From NCBI GenBank assembly GCA_022813865.1, contig JALDZX010000004.1:558001-622000 (forward strand): 64,000 nt of DNA, given 5' to 3'. Positions 49,321-62,600 of this stretch are shown here, piece by piece. Numbering within the stretch: position 1 is the first letter of the stretch; the number at the start of each line of letters is the position of its first letter. Source of the DNA: Xylographa opegraphella (taxonomy: Eukaryota). The notes below the pieces were generated by a model that saw nothing but the letters and a program-made list of their open reading frames with translations, had not been told where the DNA came from and made no database searches. Both the position numbers and the translations under genes were made by a program.

Positions 49321-51580
49321 TCAACAGCTTAGCCACTCGCAGCTGCAAGGGCTATACCAATTTCGTCTTCTATTACGCCACCGGACATCCGTCGGTTCCA
49401 TATTGTCCGCCGGTGATCGACGGCGTACCGGAGACTCGTCTTCTGTGATCATCACTCTCGTGATTGAAGAGGTTGTGTTGGGTAGGGGCACGACGCTCAT
49501 GTCGTAGAGGATCTGCATTTGCTGGCAATACGGTTGAACGTCGTTTGTCACGTTCCGTCGCTCCTCAATCTTGACGACGTTGGGATAGATTGTCGGCATG
49601 GAAGCCGGCCAGTCGGAATCACGTTTGTCATGATCTTCGCGTGATTTGGCGTAATACGAGCTCGAGGGGGTCGCGGATGAGGTCGTTGGTGTCGGCACTG
49701 CAGACGACAGCAACGACTGAACCATGTTCGTAGTGTTCGTGTGAGCCGAGGAAATATTCTCAGTGACGTAGATGAATCCCTCCAAGATGGTGCCATTCCA
49801 GAAACAGAACCATGGCTTGTCCCCAGGTGCTACCGGTGGCATGCGGTTCTGATTTTTGTGCGTGTCTCGTTCCGAGACATACGACTTCGTCACACCCCCG
49901 CCGGCCGTACGTTTCTGGGGTGTCGGTGCAAATTGACTTGCGGGAAGAACGACGATCTTGTCGAAGGTCTGCTGGAAGAAATACGCCGGGCCTCTCCCAG
50001 GGTCGTTGGTATCGTTGACAAGCTGAAGACTTGTTCGACCCTGAAGCGTCGGTACTTGGGGCCCATAATAGAATGGATAATTACTGTGGACGGTTGTGTT
50101 GATGGCGACTTGTGTGGTACCATAATCGGCCGGAACCACGTTCATACCCAGGTACCCATACGAAACACATTGCCAAGTAACCGCCTGACCTGGCTTTGAG
50201 ATACACGAACCCGACAATTCCGCCGGCAGTCCCAGCGGAACGCCAAAGTAGCCTTTTGGCAGCATTGGCAAATCGGCAGGTGGGGATGCGAGTGGTGTCG
50301 CGTCTGCAATTGCCGCTGTCACCGTCACTGTAGAGGCGCCACTGAAAGCCGATCAGTTTAAGAATATCCGGATCGAGGGAAGGTGTGACTTACACAGGAG
50401 ATGTGTCTGGACTTGAGTATGGTCCGTCGCCATCACTATGGCTTTGACCTTGACCGTGATTGTTATGCCCTTGACTAACCCACCTGCCGATGACTCCTCC
50501 CAGCACAGCAGCAAGCAATACGGCCAGGACCACTATGAGGATCACCGCCCATCTTGGGACCGCACCACAGCATGTCCGCTTCTTACTCCTTCTCGTCCAT
50601 CGCTGTCTAGCAGTATCACGCCCAACAGGTTGACCGGCCGCTCCTGCGGCCGCAACATTGATCTCAATGTTCTCGTCATCAGAAGCCTGATTTTCTTCGC
50701 CCGAACCCCGCACCGCCGGTACTTCGGACGGAGTCAATCGACTCGCTGATGCCTCTTCATTATCTGGACGGTCAGGAGCATAGCGTTCCTTGGTCACGGC
50801 AGTATCGGGATATTTGGTATATGGTGGAAGTTGCTCCGTGTGCCCGTCTGGACCGATGATATCGTCCGCTTCCTCGCCATCCGGGCCGAGTCGACGTGTG
50901 TAGTGCTGACCGAGCCCCGGAAAACCGACCGGTGCCAATGGGACAATTGTAGTTGCTGGAATTGCCTCTGGCTCAAGCACCATATTTTGCGGATACATAC
51001 CATAGGGGTGCGTTGGTCCGTTCGGGCCGCTGTACGAGTGTTCGGGCGAGCGTATCGATGAAATTGTTGATGTTCGGTTTGGCACGGTGTCTTGCGGATA
51101 CAGAGCGTAGGGATGGCTTGGGCCCCTGGCGCCTTGATACGGACTCGGAACGCGTGGCACGGAGAAGGTCGAGATCATACTTGCTTGTCTCGTTGAGGTG
51201 AATAGGCCGTCGGACATGCCAGACACGGAAGCCATGCTTGGGTTACGCTGAGGAGTTTGCCATACTGGCACAGCATGGCGAGAGGAGACCGAAGTTCCTC
51301 CAGCATGACGTTTAAAGGATTTCTTCTTCACTGGTGAGTAGTCTGAGGGTGGGTTTGGACGAGGTTCCGATGGGACCGGCCTCCTGGGTATCGATCGCGC
51401 GGCAGGACGGGTGGGAGAGACGGTGGTGTTTCCGACCACATTCGGTCGATAAGCGTCGGACAGAGGTATGGCTTCCAATGCGTGGTCGTCGCTGAAGACA
51501 TCGGGATTCGACCGACGGATTGATGATTGTCGTGATCGTGACGAGGTCGATGGCTGTCGGGTCGGGGTCCGCCCAGCCAT
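49321..51580 (-). CDS. Single-pass membrane protein with Cys-containing lumenal domain (DUF7820-like), 2 exons
   Basis: GPSHPYALYPQ, IIGPDGHTEQLPPY, TM helix, intron about 50343-50392, then KPWFCFWNGTILEGFIY, YPNVVKIEERR, YCQQMQI and C-terminal CSCEW. Confidence 0.8.
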
Positions 51581-51703
51581 GTCGAGGGGGGTTGATCTCG
51601 ACTCCCGTCCCCACAACGCAGCGGAAGGACAGTCTTCCAAGACACAGAAAGCAGGTATCGATTTGCTGTCTACTTCACAATCACTCGGCACACTGGGAGA
51701 TGC

Positions 51704-51748
51704 GATTGACGATTGACGATTGACGATTGACGGTTGACAGTTGACGAT
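51704..51748. repeat. Heptamer tandem repeat (GATTGAC)x4 plus 2 variant copies
   Basis: gattgac gattgac gattgac gattgac ggttgac agttgac, in the 5' leader of the DUF7820-like gene. Confidence 0.9.
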
Positions 51749-52941
51749 CCGAGGACTGACGAGTTCGACGGTGACGCTGGAGAGTGGTCGCAAAGGCGAA
51801 GGGCAGGAAAAGCCAAGAGGTTCGACGGCAAGCGAAACCGCTAGCCCCTGCTTGGAGCCAGCAAGGAAAAGTGTGTCGCAGAGTTCCAGCGTCAGCGCCC
51901 TCGTTTCCGGCTGGACCTCGGGGTGGGGGGGCTGCAATGGGCTACGGAGTACAGTGGACTACATACAATGGACTACTAGCATCATGGCTTTCCCGTTCTA
52001 CGAGTTCGCAGTCATCTTGTGCGTGGTCGTAGCAGCATTCCCCGTCGCAGTGGGCGTGATGATGTCTTGCGGCACGCATGAACGTGAACATGAACCGTGA
52101 AAGCGGGAGGTGCGGGACGGTATCATTTCAACCTCTTCCTCGCTTCCAATTCCCACGACCACCTAACTTTGAAGGTACGGGGGAGGCACTACGGGGGGAA
52201 TGACGCTATTTTTAGTGGGGGTATTTTCTCTTGGCGGGATCGGCGCCCGAACTTCCAGAATCTGCTTTTTCATGCCCGTGACTGGAGGACTGCTTTGGGG
52301 GTTGTGCAAAAGTTGCCTTAATTACCTTGCTCTGGACTGAACCATTTCCCGACAGTAGCGGGGAGGGGGAAAGGACAAAAGGAATGCATTCGCATGCACG
52401 TGATGCGAGTGCTGCCACACTCCTAACCAAAGAACCACGCAATCAACCTACGGGTCAGAAACCACACTTATAGACTACCTACCTTACGCTGACGAACGGC
52501 CATCCACCACGCATTGGGCTTTCCGTTCCGGCTGCGGCATGCTCAACATCGATTTCAGGAGTCTATGGTCCAGGCTCGGCCCAACACGTTAATGCCGGCA
52601 AACACCCCTCCTGCCCTCGACGTGAAACGCATGCTCTCAGCCCTCACTCAGCCCTGAGCCCTCGACACTTCGAACACAGAAGGGGGAATGGAGGGCACGG
52701 GAGAAACGTCGCCCCGGTCCGATACGGGAAATATTAACAGCCTTTATTATCTAAGGTACGTAGTTATGGATGTGCGATGTGTAGTCCGATGCTTGACCGG
52801 CCTCGTACATCGAGCATCGAATTTGGCCCATCCGTCCATCGTCCCTCTATGCTCGTCCGGCCATATGTTCCGCTTACATCGGCTCGGCGCCGCCATCGGC
52901 AGGCAAACCCCCTCCCCCCCTCGTCACTCCGCGTTCGGCCA

Positions 52942-54587
52942 TCACGACTTGATCGCGTACTTTCGCTGGAACATGTCGTCCACCCCGTCCAGGTAGTATG
53001 TCCCCTCGAACATCGTGTCCGGGTTGCCCTTGGGCCAGTAGTTCTTCTGCAGGTGCGCCTTTTCTCGCATGTTGCACATCTGCAGAGTGAATCAGTCGGC
53101 GTGCTCACGCGCACAGGAGAAGGGGGCAGGAGGGGAGGGGGGAAGGGGCAGGAGGGGAGGGGGGAAGGGGCAGGAGGGGAGGGGGGAAGGGGCAGATGTA
53201 CCTCGTCGTAAGTCTCCGGAGGTACGGTCCTCCTCGCGTCCAATCTCCGATGGAGGTCGAGCTTCTCCGCCATCCCGCTCACGTCCCCCTTGACCTGCAA
53301 GCTGAATAGCGAGCTCGCCAATCCGCTTCCGTAGCTGAAGATCCCCACCCGCTTTCCCTGCAGCTGCTCGCTCCCGACGTTGCTGATCAGCCCCGCCAGC
53401 GACCCGTACACGCTGGCGCAGTACATGTTGCCACACATCGTGGCCGTGCGAAGCCCGGGCTGCACCCGCTCCTGGAACCGTTTCTTGCTGAGGCCGAGGA
53501 ACGTCTTCTCCACCGTCTTGTCGCTGATCGACGTGTCGTAGTCCATGTCTCTCAGCTCCGTCGGCACCGTTTCGAAGCCCGGGTGGGTGGGGGCGGCCAC
53601 GTAGTCATTGTACAGCAGCCGTGCGTAGTTCTTGGTGACGAGCTTGCAGTTCGGGGCGTGGAAGACCATGTAGTCGAAGTCGTCGATCGGCGTCTGTGCT
53701 TCCGTCGCTTCGTGGATCCCGTTCGTCGTTCTGTTGGCCTTCTGCAGCTTTGCTTTGCGCTCCTGATACCCCTTGTAACAGGCATCGACGGCCTCGGTGT
53801 AGCATTTGACGGAATAGTGGCCGTCGACGATTGGATATTCGGACGTCAGGTCGGCCTTGTAGAAGTCGTAGGCGTGCTTCATGTATGTTCCGCGCATGCC
53901 AGGCTCGAACACGAGAGGCGCATCAGCCCCCACCAGCATCGCCACACATCCCGCTCCTCCAGTGGGACGGGCATTGCCCTTCTTATATAAGGCGATATCG
54001 CCGGCGCAAACAATGGCGTCCCGTCCATCCCATGCGGATGACTCGACCCAATTGATGGCGTTGAACAGCGCATTCGTGCCTCCATAGCATGCGTTGATGG
54101 TGTCAACGCCCTCGATGCTATTGTTGCCGGAGGGGGAGAAGAGCTGCATGAGCACCGACTTGCAAGACTTGGCTTTGTCGAGCAGCGTCTCGGTGCCGAC
54201 CTCGAGCCGGCCAATCGACTTGGGATCAATTGAATACTTGCGAAGCAGGGAGGACACGGTGGTCAGCGCAACCGAGTAGATATCTTCCATCCGATCAGCA
54301 GCGCATCCACAAACATACAATGCTCTGCAATGATACCTTCGCGATCGTCACAAAAGCTCATCTTTGTCTGGCCCAAGCCAATTGTGTATTTCCCTTGACT
54401 CACACCGTCAAACTTTTCGAGCTCGGCTTGATCAACACACTGTAGCATCTGTGTCAGTTGACTTGGATCCTGTGCTGTTTCGAGCATTCAAAATGCAGCG
54501 CTCCTGGGGGGAAGGGGGGCAACGTACTTGACTTGGGAAGTAGATTTCCATGGCTTTGATGCCGACATTTTGGGGTCTCGAAGACAT
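52942..54587 (-). CDS. ERG13: Hydroxymethylglutaryl-CoA synthase (4 exons)
   Basis: [18 protein letters not shown]|..[57 protein letters not shown]..|[17 protein letters not shown]. Confidence 0.97.
53120..53195. repeat. 22-bp purine-rich minisatellite (about 3.4 copies) inside the last ERG13 intron
   Basis: Unit aaggggcaggaggggagggggg at 53143-53164 and 53165-53186, a 23-nt variant before and a partial copy after. Confidence 0.9.
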
Positions 54588-55364
54588 GATTGCAAAGGAA
54601 GAAGGAACACAGGCAATAAAGATTCAACGGTTACGATCCTCTATGATCGAGCAGGTATCAATGCTCTTCGTGACTTTTGTTGGAGCACGCGACAACTGTG
54701 AAAAGCGTCGAGGACTGAGTTCAGCGTCGCAATTGGCACCTCACACAGAGATTTGTTTCAAAAATTGGGTCGATTGGTTGTGATTGTAAATATTCCGAGT
54801 TGGTGGAAAAGGACTTCCACAAGAGCTCGACTGCCGAATGCGTGAAGGACATTAGCGAGGCAACCCGTCGTATCGGGGGCGAGCTTTAGCAGAGATCCCG
54901 AGTAAAAGTGATGGGCCCCAATTAGGTGGGGGGGATTGAGCCCCAATCAAATCTGCACTCTCACCAAATTTTAGGTTTGCGCCCGTTCCTGACACTTTGT
55001 TACCCGGGAGCCCAGACCCCAGCTTCTCCCCGAGCGCGGACACGGCTGGCAGGTGCTTAAAGATAAGGAAGACTTGTAGAGGATGTCTGGATGATTGGTA
55101 CGGGCCGGTCGTCTCCACACACAAGTTTGTAGAATGCGACAACATGGTCTCGCCGTGCATCTCGCATACCGATAAATGTACGATCGTCCCAAACTTCGTC
55201 TATACGGTTTTAAAAATGTCCAAACAACTCGCTTGTCCACTGGACAGCGCCGCTGGACCACCCTCTTTGTGGACTTCCCTTTTCGTTCCTCGTAGAAAAC
55301 TTGGTTGAAGGAGGCATTATTGGAAAAACTTCATGTTACTAACGAACGCCCTTCTACTCTATAT

Positions 55365-56870
55365 TCATAATCTAGGCAAGACTTTGGCCTCCCCTTCCTC
55401 CCCAGTACTTCGCTTCGCCCGCGCCTCATTCATCATCTGACCGACATCCTCGTCACTCAAATCCTCGAGCAACTTCCTGACACCCACCACGCTCTCCTTC
55501 AGACTCTTGGCTGCGATGAATGATCCGTGGCTCTCGATAGCTCGACCCTCCACGACGTCCTTCATGAACTGAACCCAGGACTCAAAACACTTCACGCCTC
55601 CCGGTAAGTGCTCAAGGATCAACGAAAAGCAGTGCGGCATCGCCTCGTACTCCTGCCAGATCACGTTCCCGCCCTGTCGCGCCATCCTCCGGGCAACTAT
55701 CCTTCCTTCATCCACAAGGCATTCACTCCCATACGCCAACCACACAGGGCAACTATCATGCCAATCCTTGGCGGCCAACGGGGACACCAACGGGTGGCAC
55801 AACATGGACGTCTCGCAGTACAGGTCGCCTCGTGGCGGATCCGTCGGCCACAGATCGTCTTTCGGGAAATGTTTGATCATGTCCTCTGATGGTGGAGCTG
55901 GGAGGTAATCATAATGGCTATTAGCGTAGATAGATGGCATACACCGTGTCAAGTCCATCCATCCCGAGTTGGGGGCGACCCCAGCTGGCAAAGGAATCGC
56001 GACGTCGCGCCCGTTAAAGCGTATCGTAGGCGGTTTTAAGGGTGAGGAGCGATGTAGTTGTAGGATGAATTGGAGAAGAGCCATGCACAGGTTGCCCCCA
56101 GCCGAATCACCTGCAAAGACAATATGCTTAGCCGGTACGGGATCATGATACGATCCTGGCGGTGGTGACAGCAAGTAGAGGTACGCAATGAGAGCATCCA
56201 GAAGCGCGGCAGGGAACGCATGCTGCGGCGCAAGACGATATCGGACAGATAAACAGCGACCTCCGGTCAGCTTCGCCAGTCTCATACAGGCCGGACGATG
56301 CGATGCTGGATCCATAAGGAACAGTGCACCTCCATGAAAATATAGTACCGTAATATCACTCGTAACCTCTTTCATCAGCCGATCATAATGCTGCGCCTCT
56401 GAAAGATCCAGACGGTGCCGATTCTTATCCACGCCTGCCCGGTAGCCGGTCCATTCTGCTTCCACGGGGGCAATACGTGCAGGCGTATAAACCTCCCCAC
56501 CTTCTTTGAGCGCGTCAATAGCATCGTTGAGAGTTTGGGCCACATCATCTTCTTCAGGTGTGGGAACGGTGATCTTCGAGATCCATATGGGCCCCTTGAT
56601 ACCGGGGTCTTTCAAGGTCATGCGCTGCTGCTTTCCGATCGGCGTCGGCTCCGGAGATGTCATGAGAGAACGGATGAACTTGACAGTGAGCTCCGTTCTG
56701 AGATCCCATTTCGAGGATGTGGACGACAGTCCGAAGGTATGCGACGCCGCAGTCTGGAGCAGAAATGGTACTTTGGGAAGGACAACTTTGATACTGCGTG
56801 AGAGAGGTCAGCCTCGAGATCGAGAAGCGCACTGCGTGGCTTACATGGCTGCCGGACTGGAAGCGTCCAT
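55365..56870 (-). CDS. Alpha/beta hydrolase, HSL/Say1-like esterase, 2 exons
   Basis: MDASSPAA|IIKVVLPKVP..SSKWDLRTELTV...; YFHGGA, YRLAPQHAFPAALLDA, GDSAGG, HPLVSP and MPHCF motifs; ends in PRL. Confidence 0.9.
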
Positions 56871-57240
56871 GATGTACAGGTGGTAGTACCACCAGGACTT
56901 GTGGCATCCATCAGGAGAGGGATGTGGAGCTATTATTGGTACATCTTTGGATTCGAAAATCAATGACGATTGAGCCGAGGTACTCGGAGTTGTGCAACTG
57001 TACGGAGCGTAACTGTGCGGCAAACGACCCGTATATAATCTTATGCAGAGCCCCTTGCAAATACACATTTATTACTAATTTCTATTGTAGCAGATCGTCG
57101 TGTCAATTGTTAATCGTGACCGATATAAAAAGTTCTCTATACGAGGAATCCAGTTTCGCGACCAAGAGTACCGTGTCCTCAAATCCTCATACCATTGTCT
57201 GAACTGCTACAGCTTAATGAAGCCCTTCTTCGATTGACGG

Positions 57241-58503
57241 CTAGGGTTCCAGTGCCGGAAGAGCATTGATCCACTTTCCGTCCGAGTAAATGAGCTTTGG
57301 TTTTTTCTCGTAATAGCCATTCGCACGCCAAGTCAGTTCTGCTCTCCGGAGCTGTGGGCGTGACTCCATGTCATCATCCTTGATAGTAACATCTCCGGCA
57401 GCAGCATTGTTACTGCTTGATGACGCATCTTGGATTGCGTTTGCCCCGTCCTCCACAGTGGTCTCGGCTCTGCTGATATCACTGGGTTCCACAATGTTGA
57501 AGATTGGCAAGTCATTGCCCATGTCTCGGCCATTCTCACGCTCAACGTGACTGTTCCATAGATTCTTCCTGAATTTCACGCGTTCTTCACGACACCTCAT
57601 ACACAGCCGATCTGTGCGTTCTATCGCAACGATTTGCACAATCTGACCGCAGCCTTCGCCCAGGAGTATCCATGGCTTGCCTTTCTTTATGCTGCCACCT
57701 TGACTAAGATTCGCAACGGTTTGAAGAAAGGTGTCTCGTTCTCTAGCACTGGCAATAGCTGCAGCTGCTGATTGCGCTGACTCCTCGAATTCGGGCACTT
57801 CCGTGGCTGAAAGACCCGGGGATGCTAAGGGGGTACCATCACTGACGGACACATCTTCGGCGAACCGGAATTTCTCCAGCCCTTGGAGAAGTTCGCGATT
57901 TACCTCAGGCTTCTCTTTTCTCATCCGGATTCTCTGAGACCGAGGCTTTCCGATGGACTCGGGTGGTGCGCGATCGAGGACCCCACTGTTGACTAGCTTG
58001 ATATGGTGATGATGAGTGACAGCGAAATGGTGGAAGAGGTAGGGTTGCGGATTATCTCGGCTTGGCTGGGTTTTGAACCGAAAGGGTGAAGTCATGCATT
58101 GCGGAATTTGTAGGATAAATTTCCCCGACACTTCTGGCGGAATAGGAATGGTGCGATATTTGGGGACCACGGAGCCAAACACCCTGGAAAGGAGGTTGCT
58201 CCTGGATTTCTCGCTACGTTGAGGTGGTGGTGGTTGTGGAAATCCAGGTCCATTGGCTGTTGTCGGCGATATCGGGCGAGTCGCTTGGTCCATATCCAGG
58301 TCCATATTGAGGATGGTGTGTAGAGGTCGAGGCGTCGCTTGTAGCGGACCGCAGCTGGTCTCTGGTCGCTTAGGTGAGGGATGGAAGGACACGTCCAAGA
58401 CGACAGAATTAAGGGTGAAAACTTTGAGAAGAACGTGCGAGTCGAGAGGAAATCTAGGCAAAATATGTGTAATAGAAGTAGGTTCACTTGAGTACACAGA
58501 CAT
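57241..58503 (-). CDS. Hypothetical protein (start may be 58503 or 58305)
   Basis: 420-codon ATG-initiated ORF with protein-like composition; no family recognised. Confidence 0.6.
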   Translation of the reverse strand: MSVYSSEPTSITHILPRFPLDSHVLLKVFTLNSVVLDVSFHPSPKRPETSCGPLQATPRPLHTILNMDLDMDQATRPISPTTANGPGFPQPPPPQRSEKSRSNLLSRVFGSVVPKYRTIPIPPEVSGKFILQIPQCMTSPFRFKTQPSRDNPQPYLFHHFAVTHHHHIKLVNSGVLDRAPPESIGKPRSQRIRMRKEKPEVNRELLQGLEKFRFAEDVSVSDGTPLASPGLSATEVPEFEESAQSAAAAIASARERDTFLQTVANLSQGGSIKKGKPWILLGEGCGQIVQIVAIERTDRLCMRCREERVKFRKNLWNSHVERENGRDMGNDLPIFNIVEPSDISRAETTVEDGANAIQDASSSSNNAAAGDVTIKDDDMESRPQLRRAELTWRANGYYEKKPKLIYSDGKWINALPALEP

Positions 58504-59651
58504 GATTTTCTCGAGAGTGCAAGTAATCCAACATCAAGCCGCCACACATTTCCACCGCTCCGCAACCTACACCAAGCTGGAAGAAAGCCAATTCCGACCG
58601 GTGCGCGGTCGACGAGAACAGCGGAAGGCCGTGGACGGACAATTGCGCAGAGATCTCGCGCACGCTTGAGCCATTCCCACCGTGAAGAGAAGCCGACGCA
58701 GAGAGATGAAGTGTAGGTGAGTTTATGCTTCGGGTATCGGCGCAAGTCTATTTCCAGCAGAATCCACCTCCGCCTTAGCGCGACCCATCCGCTAGCACCA
58801 ACGCGGTCAAGCTCTCCCGGTCTGCGACTCTATTACCCTGCCGAAAGCATCAGAAAGCACACCACAGCAACTCACGCGTTCAAGGTAACGTATAAAGCAT
58901 ATTCGACCAAGCATTTCTGAGCAGGACCGGTGGAAATAAGAAGTCAGGCCCATGGGACGTCAAGGACTGTCACTCCTCATGAAGAATGTAACTCATTGCT
59001 ATGATACAAACGTCATCACCCGAGCACTCCTCGCCAAGTCGTCGGTCGACCACCTTTGCAAACGACCTCACGCCTCTTGTTGCAAACACATCTAGTACCA
59101 TTAAGGTTACTATGCTACCGTAGTGTATCGGGGCCAAACATGATCATTCAGAAGAGTGGGTTGAGTTGTCCGCAATCGGGTCGTTGATGGCCGCCAACTA
59201 CGGATGTATTTATCCCTGTGTACGAAGGACTGGGATTAGGAGTGTCGCTTCCTGCCTTTATGATTGCAAGCATGTAGAGGGAAAAGCTTGGAATTCTTTA
59301 CAGTATTTACTCCAGCCAGCGAGAGGCAAGTTGATACTGCTATCGCTCGTTCGGTCGAGGAAGATCCTCAAGGCATGGTACAAGCTGGAAGGTTGGTGTC
59401 AGGGCGCACAATGAACTGACGAAATCAATTGCTACCGATTGACACTTTTAGGACTCCATAACGTTATGTATCGGAAGAAACAGAATACACACCCAGAGAA
59501 TCTGAACATGAAAGATTTCTTGTTCTGATACAGCGAGCTGGGCTGGTCGCTCGGTGAAGACAACATCAAAGTTGGCGACCGCCCTGTGTAGCGTGCTATG
59601 CAAAATGACCACAACCTCCACCCAATGAGTTCTAATATATTTTTAGTCACT

Positions 59652-62600
59652 TTAGATCTCCTCTGCATGCTGAGTGTGCATTTCTCCTTCCGCTTCAGCT
59701 TCTTTTCTTACCAATGCATCCCCATCTCGTTGTGCTAAAGCATTCTCGTACGCAGTAAGTTTCACTGGCGCATTTGAACTTGTATCCATGTTGATAATCT
59801 TCTCACCCGTCTGGACCCCCGTATTCACTATTTCCGAAGAACTACCAACGGAAGTGGACGCGGCCTCCGCATTATGAGCGACGTCGTCTAGAGTGTGAGC
59901 GCTAGTAGAAGGGGAAGCAGAAATCTCATTTGTGCCGTCCAATGCTTGGTGGGGAATGACATTCTGCTGGCTTGCTGCTTGCTGTGTTTCTGATACTGTA
60001 GTTGACTTTTCTGTCGTGGGTGCATGGCCTTCCTCGTGTGAGTGTGGGGCCTCAACCACATCCTTCGTGCCTTCGTGCTCTGTGTCAGAGATACTTGGGG
60101 CCAAATCAGCTGTGGCAGGCTCCTGCCTATGCATAACGACCAGTCCGTCGCCGCCCTCGGGAGACACCTGCCAAATAGTCCAGGGTTCGGCCATCTCCAA
60201 CTTTGATACAGTTGGTTTCACCTCACTTGCGGCAGCCGGGGAGACAGCGGGCTTTCGACGGACTGGACCTTTAGCACGTCCTTTCCTTGCATCTGTAAGA
60301 GGTACCTTATCTTCATCCTTGTCGGCCTCTACGGTCTTTTCTCGAATCTTCGATGGAGCATGCGGACCTAGTTGGAGACGTTTATCGAGATCGGACATGA
60401 AACCTGCTTTTAAAGCTGCTATCTTATTGCCAGCTGGGCGAGCGGGAAGAGCAGGCTTAGGCCTAGTAGCTGGTGGCGGAGAGATGATATTCCTAGCTGT
60501 GGACTGATCCTCATTACTGCCTACGGAATTTGCAGACGTTGTTTTTGATAATGGAATACTTTCTGACGAATCTCGGGCCACGGGTTTCGCTGGTCGAGCA
60601 GGTACTGGTGGCTTTGCTCGATCAGGTAGAATTGGCTTGCGAAATTCTGTAGGAGATTGTTGCTCGCTCTCTATGTGTAATGACTGTCCAGGATCTTTTG
60701 AAAGCGGAGAGGGCATGGTGACCGCTGGTTGTACTTTATTCTTCTGCGGCCGGGCAGGTATCGATGGTGCAGCTTGGCCTGTAGAGATTTGAGCCTCGTG
60801 TGCATATTTTGGGTTCGTAGGCCTAGGCGGGATCAATGGCTTTTCTAGAACAGGAGCGCCGGCGGTAGCTCCGTCTCTGTCTTGGTCGCTAACAATATGA
60901 CCATCAACAGGCCTTCCTGAGGTTTTCACAATGGCGCCAGCAATGGCGCCTTCATCAGTCGGACTTTGTAGCTCATCCGCCTGTGGTTCCCCAACGGTAG
61001 TCTGAAGGTAGGCACTATCAGGGGAGTCCTCCCAGATATCCCTACTCGGGAAGCGTTGCTTCAATCCAGGTCTCTGCATTTCGTCGCGGATATGTGGCTT
61101 AAAATTAGATCTGGCCCACCTTTCCTCCTTTGGAAGCAGCTCTGCCTTCCCTTCCTCACTAATTTCGCCTTTCCTTGCAGCTTCCGCTTCTGGAGTTTCA
61201 AATACATCAGATGCTGTCGGTAGGTCTTGACTTTCCTTTTCAACAATCGGTTCCGGAGTTGACACTGTTGCTTCTAGCTGCAGGCTGTTAGGAGTATCTT
61301 CCCAAATATCTTGGCTTGGAAATCGTTTCTTCATGTCTGGGCGATGCTTAAAACGATCGGCAGGACTTTGCGGTTTGCCTAACTTGCCATCGTCGTCCGG
61401 GAATAGCGGCTCGTATTCATCTACATCCTCGAGAGGTGTATGCATCTCGTCTCGCTCATCATGCGAGATGAACTTTGTAAGTCCGGGTAAGGAGCCATGA
61501 ATACTGCCCGGTCTGCTTGCGGGTCGACTACTAGCAGCACTACCAGACACGCTACCATGACGACGCCCACTTTGATAGGATGGTGGGAACTCAGAGTCAA
61601 TCCCAGCGTAGTAAGCGCTTCCTCGTCGCTCTTGGGCGGGTGCAACTGCCGGCTGTAAAAATTCCACTCCAGGCTCCTTCGCAACTTCATCTGAAGCCAA
61701 AATAGGAACGCCATATCCGGTTTCTTCTATCCATCCACCTTGTGCTTCAGTGTTGCCCCCCTGAGGTCCAAGATCTTCAGTCGGAGGATCATAACCATTT
61801 CCAAGAAGTTTACTCGTACGAATGCCTGGAGCATCAATATGGATCACATCATCTTCCTCTGTTTCACTTTCCAATGCTTGCTCTTGCGAAGACCTCAGCC
61901 CTGAATGCGAGTCTCTGGTCTTGTCAAAGTCCTCCTTGCCTGAAATGTCAATCGGAAAGCTTGATTTCCGTAGTGGAGACTCCATATGTGTCTGAGAGTG
62001 CGAGTGTGTTTTGTTGTGGTAAGGACCTGACTGAGGTCGCGGTGAGTTGAGTCGCGATGCATACTCTTCAGAAGCAAGATAGCCGATTTGTTCATCAGGA
62101 CGTGCCACGACATTGGGAGAAGTGCCTAGTCAATCTTTAGAAAGAGAATTTAGAATCTTGCCAAATTGATAAAGAACATACCAAATCCAGCACCGCGGCT
62201 TGCGGTGTCTCTGACGATTTTGTTCAAATCCTCACTACTCATCGCCCATTCTCCCCTGCTCCCACCGATCCCAGGGCCATATTGCCCTGATTCTTCTCGC
62301 ACAAGAGCATCGGGGTGCTTGTCATACCATGCTTTCTCAAATTTATCAGGAACTGCCAGACCGTGTCCGTGTAAGCCATAACTGCCAGGCGGGCCTTGAA
62401 AGACCTCTTTTGCGCTACTTCTGCGTCCATGATGTCTAGGCCTACTTCCATCGTTATGGAATCCAATCCCAGAAGGGTGATTCTGCGTATAAGGCGAAGG
62501 CGACGGAGCCTGCACGTCTCCAGCGTTGGGATACATTGGCACTCGTTGGCCAATTTCGGGTATTCCGTGCTCGTCATCGACTTGTGTAGAGCTCGGTCGT

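Noticed and set aside
52764..53201. Pro-rich C-terminal extension of the 518-aa ERG13 ORF
   Set aside because: Read-through into the repeat-filled intron; splicing restores the normal end at 52942.
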